Shown piece by piece: positions 53,031-64,000 of a DNA stretch of 64,000 nucleotides (within the stretch, counting starts at the first letter, position 1; every line of letters starts with the position of its first letter). The DNA comes from Negaprion brevirostris (taxonomy: Eukaryota): the NCBI GenBank assembly GCA_030324005.1, contig JARDVH010000115.1:40793275-40857274 (forward strand). The letters are read 5' to 3'. Made by a program: the position numbers and the translations under genes. The notes under the pieces were generated by a model, which saw nothing but the letters and a program-made list of their open reading frames with translations, searched no databases and was not told where the DNA came from.

Positions 53031-54284
53031 ATTTAAAGATAGATATCTAAAGGATGATGGAGATCTTGTGGTGCAATGTTAGGCACCCCTGCTTCTGAGC
53101 CAAAAGCTGTGTGTTGGAGATCCACCCCAGGACTTGATGGCCAAAGAAGGTGTGTTCATAATGAAGCCAACAGGTTGAGTATCAACCTGNNNNNNNNNNN
53201 NNNNNNNNNNNNNNNNNNNNNNNNNNNNNNNNNNNNNNNNNNNNNNNNNNNNNNNNNNNNNNNNNNNNNNNNNNNNNNNNNNNNNNNNNNNNNNNNNNNN
53301 NNNNNNNNNNNNNNNNNNNNNNNNNNNNNNNNNNNNNNNNNNAGGGAAGAGAAACAATAAGAATGAGGCTATACACTCTTATATCTTACATCAAATTGGT
53401 GCTGGAATCCTCCATGCTCCATTACATCATCCACAGGTTTTCTCACAGGTTTCCCAATGCAACAAGTATTTTATTGTGCATACCAGCACTGTTCTTTTAC
53501 AGGCAACCCCATTGAAGACCTCACCTAAGTTCTGATGATATCACTGAAAAACATTATGTGAGCTGTTCAGATAGCTTCTGCCAATGTTTGCCCTGAGGAT
53601 ATCTACATTATCTGCACTGCACCTTTATAAGCAATGCAATGTGGTTCCCCTTCCCGTCCCCTAGGTATCTAGATGGCCACCTTTTCCCCCCGCCCCCAGC
53701 AGAAGGAGGTCACTTCCCCTCCTTTCCACCTCCTCCACAAGACTTCTAGTGCATCAGAAGAAAATCTTGGATCTTGGCTTTCCCGCCACCATGCGGTTTC
53801 TCATTCTTTCAAGTCAGATTCTCTTTGACCATGAGTTTTCCACCTGTTTCAGCACCTCCCTCCTGAGAGATTCAAGCTAACTTTAGGCAGTGCTGACTAG
53901 CTTTAAGTTGTGCTAGTCACTCATGATGTTGGTATCCTGCTGATGTGTCCAGCCTATGAATAACACGGTTAAAGCAGACTAGTTGCAGAGATCATGCAGG
54001 CACCATGAAGTTGATATACTGTCTGCAGTGTAAACAATAGGTACAGATTAATTGTAAATTACAATTCCCCACTTCTGTTTTTGGGAACTATCCAGTAGGT
54101 TGCCTAAGTTTGAAATGATATGCTGGACTCTCTGGAATACTGAACTCCAAATGTAGATACCTTTTTCTTGGCAATTACAGGTTCACCAATACTAATGACT
54201 GAACAGCTTTAACCTTCAGATACAAGAATTCCAGTGCCATGAATTTATTGCTGATGTCTCATAACCATCTTGCTATTTTAATAG

Positions 54285-54488
54285 GGATCAAGATGAAATC
54301 TGCCAGAACACAAACTACTCGATTTGCACAGAAGACAATCATAACCAGTCCAGAGAGAGAGTTGCACATCTCTGTTCCACGTTTTCAGGACAACCAGTAT
54401 TTGTTTAGTCCAACGCATCAGATAACCTCTACATCACCCATTTCAGGACCAGTTGAAGGACATCTTGTCCCAATGGCTGTTGCCCTAG
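54285..54488 (+). CDS. KIAA0586: TALPID3 coding exon (204 nt, phase 1 to 1): GIKMKSARTQT...NQYLFSPT...VEGHLVPMAVALG
   Basis: aatAG acceptor and G|GTATGT donor. Matches recalled human KVKSIRTQT...QQYLFSPS...LEGHLIPMAILLG, and the phase continues from the previous exon. Confidence 0.93.
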
Positions 54489-56424
54489 GTATGTTCAAAA
54501 TTAAACTTGATTATCAGGCGTGGATATTGCTGTTACAAAATGGTGAAGTTTGGCTTTGGTCATTGTGCTGTCTTGTGTACTCTGCCTGCAAAAGATTGGT
54601 TTCCTGTTTTTCAAGACGACTTAGTCAGTTGATGAACATGTTTATAGACAGGATGGCGATAGAGTTGGAAAAGAGACTGCACCCCTGTCCTGAGCCAATA
54701 TCTCTAGATTGTCGTGAAAGGTTGACACAAAAGAATGACCAAAAATTATGACAAAATGAAAGTGTTCAGGAAGTGACATACACAATATTTTAAATAGTAT
54801 GCTCGAAACTGGCATTGACATTGCTAACAGTTGATCCTTAATAGGGTACGATTCTATTCCATGAAGGTCCTATTTAACATTCTGCCATGGGTTATGCTAT
54901 ATGCTTGAGCAGGCTGCTGAAATCAGAGAACTGGAGTTGTTAATGCTATAGCAGCATAAATACATGTGAATTTGAGCGCACCACTTTTGACAATGTTTCC
55001 TCGTGTCTTGAAGAGGTCCAACCCTCCACTGTCTAGCCATGTCAAACGGTATTGTTTTTCTTTTCTGTTAATACCAAAATAGTAGGCTCCAAAAACCAGT
55101 TCACACACAATTTACACACAATTTTTGAAATGTTGGGCACACTGTCTGCTAGTTGGGCTGCATGCTATCAAATGGTATAACGTAGAATGGGTTATTCTGA
55201 AACATAAGAATAAAGTTGGTTCCAAAATGAAATAAATCCCTGTGCTCTGTTACCATGCAGAATGAACAGCTAAAAATGGCTGAGACATGCTGTCAAAGTT
55301 TTTCATCATGCACTCATCAATACAGAATATGCAAGAATATCAATTGTAAGAGAAAGAACAATTTCTATACTGCATGCAAAGTCAGCACTGACTTGTTGGC
55401 AAGTTGACTTTGATTGATAGAGGTATTGCCAAAGAGATTGCACTTGGTTCTTTTCCATTGTTTCCCGCAGAAACAATCAAATTTGCATCAGGAAAGATGC
55501 TGTTCAAATCACTGCAGATGCTGGAATCTGAAACAAAAACAGAAAATGCTAGAAAATCTCAGGTCTGACAACATCTGTGGAGAGAGAATACAGCCAACGT
55601 TTTAAGTCTTGGTGACTTTGTCAGAGCTCAGATGAAGATTTCATCCAGACCTGAAACGTTAGCTCTGTTCTCTCAAGACACAAGCTGGAATTCTCTGGTC
55701 TCATATGCCTTGCACCTGCTGTCAGTGAGAATGTCAAATTTGTTATCTGGCCAAATCTCCATTCACATCAGCGAATCCCAGCTGTGGGTGAGGTCAGAGA
55801 ATTCCGGCCAGTATTTGTGTTGGCTTTAACTCAGCAGTAGCTCTCTCGCCTCTAAGGTGGAAGATTGTGGTTCAAGACTCACTCCAGAAACTTCAGCACA
55901 TAATCCAGACTAATTTTTCACGGCAGTATGGAGGGCATGTTGCCACCTTTCGGGTGAGACATTAATCCCGTGAGTTTAAAGGATCCCAAGGCAGTTAGCA
56001 TGAATGGGAACACAAAAATCTTCTGCTAGCTTTTAATAGTAAGTGGATGTTAAGAGGTGATGTGAGGTCTGTTGAGGATTACAAGGATGATATATGTTAG
56101 AGGCACGGGCAAAGGCAAGAAACCTTAATGAATATGTTGAGTATTTACGAGAGAGGGTGCTGACAAAATAGCGCTGGAAACAGAGGTGGTAAAGATGAAG
56201 AATGAGGTGAAAATTAATAGGTAATACATTCTGGAAAAGTTGGCTATGTTTAGTGGGTAAGTCACCCAGTTTTCATGGCTTGCATCCTAGTTTGCTAGGA
56301 AAAGGGTGGCACAGTGGTTAGCACTGCTGCCTCACAGTGCCAGGGACGTGGGTTCAATTCTGGCCTTGGGTCACTGTTATGCAGAGTTTGCACATTCTCC
56401 TCGTGTCTGTGTGGGTTTCCTGTG

Positions 56425-57296
56425 ACTGTATGGCCAAATTTCCTTCCAAGTTTGCAGATGACACCACCTCAGTGGGTCAGATCTCAAACAATGACGAGAC
56501 AGGGTACAGGAATGAGATGGAGAATCTGGTGAACTGGCGCAGCAACTATAATGTCTCCCTCAATTTCAACAAAACAAAGGAGATTGTCGTCAACTTCAGG
56601 AAGCATAAAGGAGAACATGCCCCTGTCTACATCAATGGGGACAAAGTCGAAAGGGTCAAGAGCTTCAAGTTTTTAGGTGTCCAGATCACCAACAAGTCCT
56701 GATCCGCCCCCCATGCTGACAACATAGTTAAAAAAGCCCACCAACGCCTCTACTTTCTCAGAAGACTAAGGAAGTTTGGCATGTCAGCTGCAACTCTCAC
56801 CAACTTTTACAGGTGCACCATAGAAAGCATTCTTTCTGATTGTATCACAGCTTGGTATGGCTCCTGCCCTGCCCCAACCACAACGAACTACAAAAGGTCG
56901 TGAATGTGGCCCACTCCATCACACAAACCAGCCTCCCATCCCTTGACTCTGTCTACACTTCGTGCTGCCTCAGCAAAGCAGCCAGCATAATTAAGGATCC
57001 CACGCACCCCAGACATTCTCTCTTCCACCTTCTTCCTTCAGGAAAAAGATGCAAAAACCTGAGATCACATACCAACTGACTCAAGAACAGCTTCTTCCCT
57101 GCTGCCATCAGACTTTTAAATGAACTTACCTTGCATTAAATTGATCTTTCTCTACATCCTAGCTGTGACTGTAACACTACATTCTGCACTCTCTCATTTC
57201 CTTCTCTATGTACGGTATACTCTGTCTGTATAGCACACAAGAGACAATACTTTTCACTGTACATTAATACATGTGACAATAATAAATCAAATCGAA
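56425..57296 (+). mobile_element. Rex1/Babar-like LINE, 5'-truncated 3' part
   Basis: KFADDTTSVGQISNNDETGYRNEMENLVNW...LNFNKTKEIVVNFRK...FKFLGVQIT, ending in a tgtgacaataataaatcaaatc tail. A second tail copy lies at 60717-60775. Confidence 0.85.
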
Positions 57297-57303
57297 TGCT
57301 TAC

Positions 57304-57556
57304 TTGGATAATTTTGTACTTCCTTCTTGAATCAACGGTGACATTTTAGCGAAAGGCGTGGTTTCTTCCCCTTTCACATCTGTTTCCGCCTCTTCCATTG
57401 CATCTATTAGTTCAATATCCGAGTCCAAACAGGATCCTTTTCTCTCTACCTTGATGGAAGGCTTTATCATTTTGCTGCTTCCCACACCAACATCACAATT
57501 AACAGTTTTATCATGTCTCTGGTTTTCCACTCCATTTACAAGATTTAGTACTCTCC
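57304..57556 (-). CDS. Putative internal exon of an unidentified gene (253 nt, phase 1 to 2): RVLNLVNGVENQRHDK...DSDIELIDAMEEAETDVKGEETTPFAKMSPLIQEGSTKLS
   Basis: Minus-strand ttttgtttaAG acceptor and CAA|GTAAGC donor. The frame is open between them, has protein-like composition, and does not resemble the repeats in the window. Confidence 0.5.
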
Positions 57557-59292
57557 CTTAAACAAAACCAAATTGAAGCTATTATTTTTTGTTCATATTT
57601 TTAGCAAAGAATTCTACTCAGGTATAGATAAATCACAATATTTTCAGATTCAGTCCTTGTTCTGTACTGGGCTAGAGAATGTATGCAAAATGGGGACAGG
57701 TGGATGTCACATCTGCCCTCAGTTTCCTCAGCAAAGCAAGGGGAAAAGAAAATCAGCACCAATCTCATTCTTCATCATGTTTCAGCAGCTGAAGTGCATC
57801 CATATACCATAAACATGGGACTGAAGTCAGAGTTGTGGGCCTGAGGCCTGCAGCCACTAATTTTGCAATTCTGCATTTTATTTTTGTTCTGCTCCTGATG
57901 CTGAATATTTAAAGTTATTTTGTATTCAGCCTTACTTCGTAGACATTGGTCTTAACTTCGCTATCATCGTGTTTTGATTAATCAATACTAATCAGCAGTG
58001 ATCTCTTTTTTGTTTACACCTTGCTTTTTGTCATACTGGCCATACACAGCTGGTATTTAGACAAAATTTTGTATTTTTTAAAGCTAGAATACTACTAAGT
58101 TGGCTTTTACCTATTTTACTATTCTATTCACTGATCCTTGGACTGCAGACAAGGACAAGTAATTTTAGTTGGGGTGGTCATTTAGCATGTGGCATCAGCT
58201 AAAGTTTGATTAATGTACATGACTTGAAGGTTGGCAGATGGAAAATCAAAAGATGTGCAAACATCTTGACATTCTGAAGTCTGCACGGCCTTTCAGTGCA
58301 TGAGAGAAGAACTTGTTTTAACGAAGAACTATACTGGGCCTGGAAGTCTGGAATGCAGCCAGAAATTCAGCTTAAAGGGATGCCGTTTTGAGGATGTACT
58401 GCTTCAGCTGTAGTGGTACAGTCACCACTGAAAATGGGAGGAAGGGCTGGAATGGAATGGCTAAGCATAGTGCTCACCTGTAAGGTTACTTTATGACTTG
58501 GTAGTTTATGTACCAATTTTGGGAACAGACCAAATTGGAGTTATTGTTTATGCGTTAAAAAAAAGTCTTCCATAGAATCCCTACAATGCAAGGATTGGTC
58601 CATCGAGTCTGCACCAATTCTCCAAAAGATGATCTTACTCATGCCCATTTTCCAGCCCTATCCCCGTAACCCCAGATATTTACCATGGCCAATCCACCTA
58701 ACCTACACACCCTTGGACTATGGGAGGAAACTGGAACACCTGGAGGAAACCCACACAGACACAGGTGAAATGTACAAACTCCATTCACAGTTACCCTGGT
58801 GCTGTGAGGCAGTCATGCTAACCAATGTGTCACCTGATAGTGTTTTTTCCTTTCAATAAAGGAAACTTTATGTTTTATCATCAATTACTTATAATCATAA
58901 TTCAATAAAAATGTTTTAACATTACTTGTCATGGCTACTCAGCCCTGTTATATCCGGAGTACAGTTCCAAACCCATGTGAGATGCTGAAAGGGACCCTCA
59001 TGCTCCTCCTTAGAGCCACACATAGGTAGGATTAATTAGGGACGGTGGGTAAACAAGTTAGGATTTTCAGAAAATCACTTTTTTTTCTGGTGTTAACTCA
59101 CTTAGCAGGTTTTGCATCACGGCACGATACAATTTGAACTCATGATTTCTGGGTTGTGAGTTCTGTGCTATAACCACTATATAATCTTACTAGATTGAAT
59201 TTATCCTCAGATCCAGGGCAATGCATAGCCATAAGGATCGTGATTTGGTTGGGAAAATTTCAACCTACATCAAGATAGTAGTTTAGATTTAG

Positions 59293-59622
59293 GGGCAGCA
59301 CGGTTATACAGTGGTTAGCATTGCTGCTTCACAGCTCCATGGTCCGATTCCCAGCTCGGGTCACTGTCTGTGTGGAGTTTGCACATTCTCCTCATGCCTG
59401 CGTGGATTTCCTCTGGGTACACCAGTTTCCTCCCACAGTCCAAAGATGTGGGGGTTAGGTTGATTGGCCACGCTAAGAAATTGCCCCTTAGTGTCCAGGG
59501 ATGTGTAGATTAGTGGGGATAATATATGGGGATATGCGGGTAGGGCCTGGGTGGGATTGTGTTCGGTGCAGACTCGATGGGCCGAAGGGCCTCTTTCTGC
59601 ACTGTAGGGTTTCTATGATTCT
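59293..59622 (+). mobile_element. HE1-like SINE (other copies or fragments at 3010-3105, 22015-22165, 35875-36180, 45239-45405, 56305-56425, 58572-58833, 60235-60470, 62328-62620)
   Basis: Full-length copy with a ttctatgattcta tail. Confidence 0.85.
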
Positions 59623-62214
59623 ATATGTGACTCCAGAGCTGCAGCAACGTGGTTGACTTTCAACTGCCCTCCTAAGGCAACTCGGAATGGGCAATAAATG
59701 CCGGCCCAGCCAGCGATGCCCATGTCCCAGGGATGAATAATTAAAAAAAGCAAGGATGGGCCTGAAATCAACACCCCAAACTGGGAAAAAAGCTGATTTT
59801 TATCAGATCAGATAAGATTTGGCCAGAGTGGAGTGGGAGCAGACACTTTTAGGTAAATCTGTGATGGAACAGTGGAACATATTCAAGGATGGAATAGGGA
59901 GAGTACAGAGCCAATATGTTCCAACAGAGAAAAGGTTTGGGACCAATAACTTCAGTGACCCCTGGACATCAAGGGATATACAGCTTGGATAAAGAGAAAA
60001 GGGGAGGCTTATGGCAAACATCAAGGTCTCAAAGCAGCAGAAGCCCCAGAGGAGTATAGAATGTACAAGAAGGAACTTAAAAATGAAACATGACATTTAA
60101 GATATATTTAAATGTGCACTTGTGATGCCAAGGCATACAAGAATATGGGTCAAATGCTGGAAAAATGGGATTCGAGTAATTGGGTGATTAGTTTTTGGCT
60201 GGCCGAAGGGCTTTTTTCTGGGCTATATACCTTGGATGCCTCACAGTGGGTTTGATTCCTGGCTTGGGTCACTGTCTGTCTCGAGTTTGCACATTCTACC
60301 CGTGTCTGCATGGGTTTCCTCCAGGTGCTCCGGTTTCCTCCCACAGTCCAAATTTGTGTTGGTCAGATCGTAGAAATCGTAGAAACCCTACAGTGCAGAA
60401 AGAGGCCATTTGGCCCATCGAGTCTACACCGTCCACAATCCCACCCAAGCCTGACCCCCACATCCCCACATGGCTGGATGGAATAGCCATGGTAAATGAT
60501 AGGGCAGGGGAGAGAGCCTGAGTACGTTATTCAGTCAGAGAGTTGGCACAGACTGGATGGGGCAATTGACCTGTTCTGCACTGTAGGATCTGTAATTGTT
60601 TGAATTTCAAAATGTTNNNNNNNNNNNNNNNNNNNNNNNNNNNNNNNNNNNNNNNNNNNNNNNNNNNNNNNNNNNNNNNNNNNNNNNNNNNNNNNNNNNN
60701 NNNNNNNNNNNNNNNNAAGAAACAATACTTTTCAATGTATGCTAATACATGTGACAATAATCAATCAAATCAAAAAAATCACAGCTTGCTGTGGCTGAAT
60801 GTTATTACTGTAATTTGAAACAAAGGAAATAGAGCATTAGCACTGAGAAGCTGAAAGAACCATGGAGGTGGCATTGGAGACTTGCATTGGATAGGTGGAT
60901 GGGAGAAGAGAGTCCATGTTTCTGCGGGAGACCAGAAACCCTTCAAGGACCACCTTCAAAAGGGCACACAAGCAGAAGCCCCCGAGGAGCTAGCAGCAGT
61001 ACCACAAGATGTGTAATAACATCACGTGAACGCACTTTCACACAACATCTCTTATCCGCCACACCAACAACCTTTCACGCTGCTCAGAGCACAATAATCT
61101 CATCACTCATCCATCAGCAGTTCCTCGTGGTCAGGACTTAGGTCTAACATTCAGCTGCATTCACCTGAGGCCTCTGAAGATGGCTACCTGCATCATGAGC
61201 CCAGATGTGACTAAGAATCTGGCATTGCTGAGGATGATAATATGTTACTGCCTTATACTCTTTCAGCTCACCAACAGTTTGCAATCTGGCTTGATGAGCA
61301 AGCTACTAATGGTGTGATCATGGACCTGGAGCTCCACTGCAATCTTCCCCGCCTGATTTCCTACACCCATAAATTGTCTCTTACACAGCCACATCACCCA
61401 CAGAAGAGCAGAAACAACAGTATAGCATTGACTCAAAGACCCAGGCATTTGCAGCAATTAGCTCTGACACTGACTTTACAGATACTTTACAGGCCAATAT
61501 CGAATTGTGATGTGTGCATGTAAGTACTGGGCAATCGTGACTTTAATCAAGCTAGGAATCACCGAAGGAAGAGGTTGAAAATGAGGACATCATTGGGGTG
61601 GCCTATAGGAGAATGCTTTTGAGGATGCACACTAAGATGCTGCCATTGGCAGTCCTGTTAGAGAGCCTTCTGCCATTGTGTAGGAAGGTGTTGGAGTCTG
61701 GTTCCAGGTTGGCTGAGGGCATAGTGCAGAGCTTGTACACTCTGTGGCCTCTGCACCATTTGCTGCAGACCCAGAGCTACTCAATCACCATGCCTGTCAC
61801 AGCCTTTGCGCAGACTGGTCACCAAATCCTGTGCTCTTCCTGTGAGCATGGAGCAGCAACATTCGCTGCCAAATCCAGGAACTCAGCACATTGCTTCAAA
61901 AGACACGCAACAGTACTTCCAGAGGCACTGCAGCACAGAAGTTATTCTGAATTTTTGGGTGCCTGGTCCTTTAAACATCACTGAGGCTGCTTCCCTCTTG
62001 CAGCTAAATTTATGTCCTTTAATGAGTGACAAGGTCCAAGTTCGCAAACTGAACATCAAATCACCCAGTCAGGCTGAGTGTGTATGCAGGAATCAAAATG
62101 AATATCCTTTTCAGCGGGATTCACTGCACACACTGTGCCAGAAGGAGCTGGGTTCCAAATTCCGAGGATTTCCTTCATCTTTTGGAGTGCAGTTTCCAGC
62201 AGCCGTACAGAACT

Positions 62215-63310
62215 GAAAATTGCATCTCATGGCTTTTGCGCCTCGTACATACTTTTAGTGGCCTTCTCAATTTATCCTGTCATCTTCATTAACTTTTGTA
62301 CACTTGACCCCAGGTCACTCTGTTTCTAGTCATAGTGTTTCTGGTGCAGAAAGAGGCCTTTTGGCCCTTTGAGCTTGTACCAACAACAGTCCCACCCAGG
62401 CCCTATCCCAGTAATCCTGCTAATTCCCCTGACACTAAGGCGCAATTTATCATGGCCAATCAATCTAACTTGCACAGTTTTGGACTGTGGGAGGAAACAG
62501 GAGCACCATAAGGAAATCCGTGCGGAAAAGTACAAACTTCACATAGACAATCACCCAAGCCAGGAATTGAACCTGGATCCCTAGTGTTCTGAGACAGCAG
62601 TGCTAACCACTGTGCCACCAAGCCATCCCTGTAAAATTTTATCCTTTAGTTTATATGATTCCCCTCATTTGTCCCACCAAAATGTACTCACTGTAGAATT
62701 CTCTTTACCAATCCGTCGTTAACCTAAATATCAAAATGAGGAGTGGTCCTCGGGGAACACCATCACATACTTCCTTCCAGTCTGAAAAGCAACTGTTCAT
62801 CACCAATCTCCATTTTTTGTAACCATTTTCCTTTTGTATCCATGCTGCCACTGTCCCTTTAATCCCATGGACTTTCATAGTGCTTACAAATCAATTATAC
62901 AATACAATGTCAGATGCCTATTGAAAATCCACATGCACAAAATCACCTGCACCATCCTCATCAATCCTCTCTGGTACTTCATCAAAAATCTCTTTCAAGT
63001 TGGTCAAGCATGATTTCCCTCTAACAAGCCCATACTGACTTTCATAATTAGGCCAATTTTTTCAAAGTACCAATTAATTTTGTCCCAGATTAATCTCTCT
63101 GAAATGTTTCTTCACCATGGCCATTAGGCTGACTGCAGTCTATAGCTGCCATGTTTATCCTCTCTCCTCTTTTTTGAAAGGGATTCAACATTTGAATTCT
63201 TCCTGTCCTCCAACATCACCCTCAAAGCCAGGGAGGATTGTAAAATTGTGCCCACAGCAATTTCCACCTGATTTCTCTCAGTAAGACAGGTTGCATCCCA
63301 TCTAGAGTGT
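62215..63310 (-). mobile_element. CR1-like LINE fragment interrupted by an HE1-like SINE (62328-62620)
   Basis: Minus-strand CR1 ORF2 remnants (NYRxxSL; DFQ.A.D.V..). Confidence 0.65.
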
Positions 63311-63926
63311 ATATTTTTTTTAATTTGCCAACCCTTTTCAGTTCTTTCTCTTCTCCTTTACTGCCACATTTCCTGCTGTATCATTTTTTTCACTATTTTG
63401 TGGCCTAGATATTCACCTTACAGCATGATAACTCACCTATTGTTCCTTAATTCTATCAGACAGATTCTGTCTTTAAACCCTCTTTTACTAGCTCGTGGGA
63501 TGGGAGTTGCTGGAAAGACCAACATTTCTTGCCAATCCCCAATTGCCCTTAAGAAAATGGTGGTGAGCCATCTTCTTGAACTACCACAGTCCATGTGGTG
63601 GAGATACACCCACAGTGTCTTTAGGAAGGGAATTGGACTTTTCTGTCATGGTTTCAGACAACTAAGTGGGTTGCAGATGGCATGTATGATCCAACCACAT
63701 TATTGTGAGTTGAACTAGATCAGGGCGATGGATTTCTTTCCCAGTTGACATTGGTGAATAGATGACTTTTTACAACAATCTGGTAGCTTCATGATCGTCA
63801 TTACTAAAATTAGCTTTTTCTATCAGCATTATTAATTTACAATGCCCCCCGCGCCCCCCCCACCTTGATGACATTTAAATACAGGTTTCTGGAGCATTCA
63901 TCTTGGCCTCTGGATTACTAATAAAA

Positions 63927-64000
63927 GCACAGTAAGAAGTCTCACAACACCAGGTTAGAGTCCAACAGATTTATTGGTAGCACAGACCAGAAGCTTTCGG
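63927..64000 (-). mobile_element. Penelope-like terminal repeat running off the window end
   Basis: acagtaagaagtctcacaacaccaggttagagtccaacag matches the family terminus. Confidence 0.75.

Noticed and set aside
54239-54751. 170-aa ORF as a stand-alone gene
   Set aside because: Only 54285-54488 resembles TALPID3 and is bounded by splice sites; the rest is intronic read-through.
1-64000. Most ORFs in the supplied track, including those spanning X runs
   Set aside because: They are short chance ORFs, TE remnants or N-gap artefacts. The DNA is eukaryotic and intron-rich, so only splice-bounded segments were accepted.
1-64000. CRISPR array or prokaryotic defence system
   Set aside because: There are no regularly spaced repeats or operon-like ORFs, and the sequence is vertebrate.

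Overview
This is eukaryotic, repeat-rich draft-assembly DNA with many N gaps. It is almost certainly from a cartilaginous fish (shark), judging by HE1-like SINEs and CR1/HER1-like LINEs. The window lies inside the ciliopathy gene KIAA0586/TALPID3 (+ strand). Four coding exons with consistent splice phases are recognisable: 19963-20035, 43080-43352, 50576-50768 and 54285-54488. The introns are filled with CR1, L2/Crack-like, RTE and Rex1 LINEs, SINEs, Gypsy and Harbinger remnants, and Penelope-like elements (PLEs). Four things stand out. (1) An intact RIMS C2B-domain exon (38656-38757) sits inside a TALPID3 intron, within a ~7.2-kb block bounded by two PLE copies and a 13-bp direct repeat that splits a single SINE; this is either PLE-mediated transduction or an assembly misjoin. 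(2) At least three repeat families carry minimal hammerhead ribozyme motifs. (3) A clean 253-nt antisense exon-like segment of an unidentified gene lies next to a Rex1 LINE tail. (4) A ~2.7-kb inverted duplication (foldback) interrupts a Gypsy element. Gene and repeat family calls rest on recall of known sequences, not database searches, and repeat boundaries are approximate.
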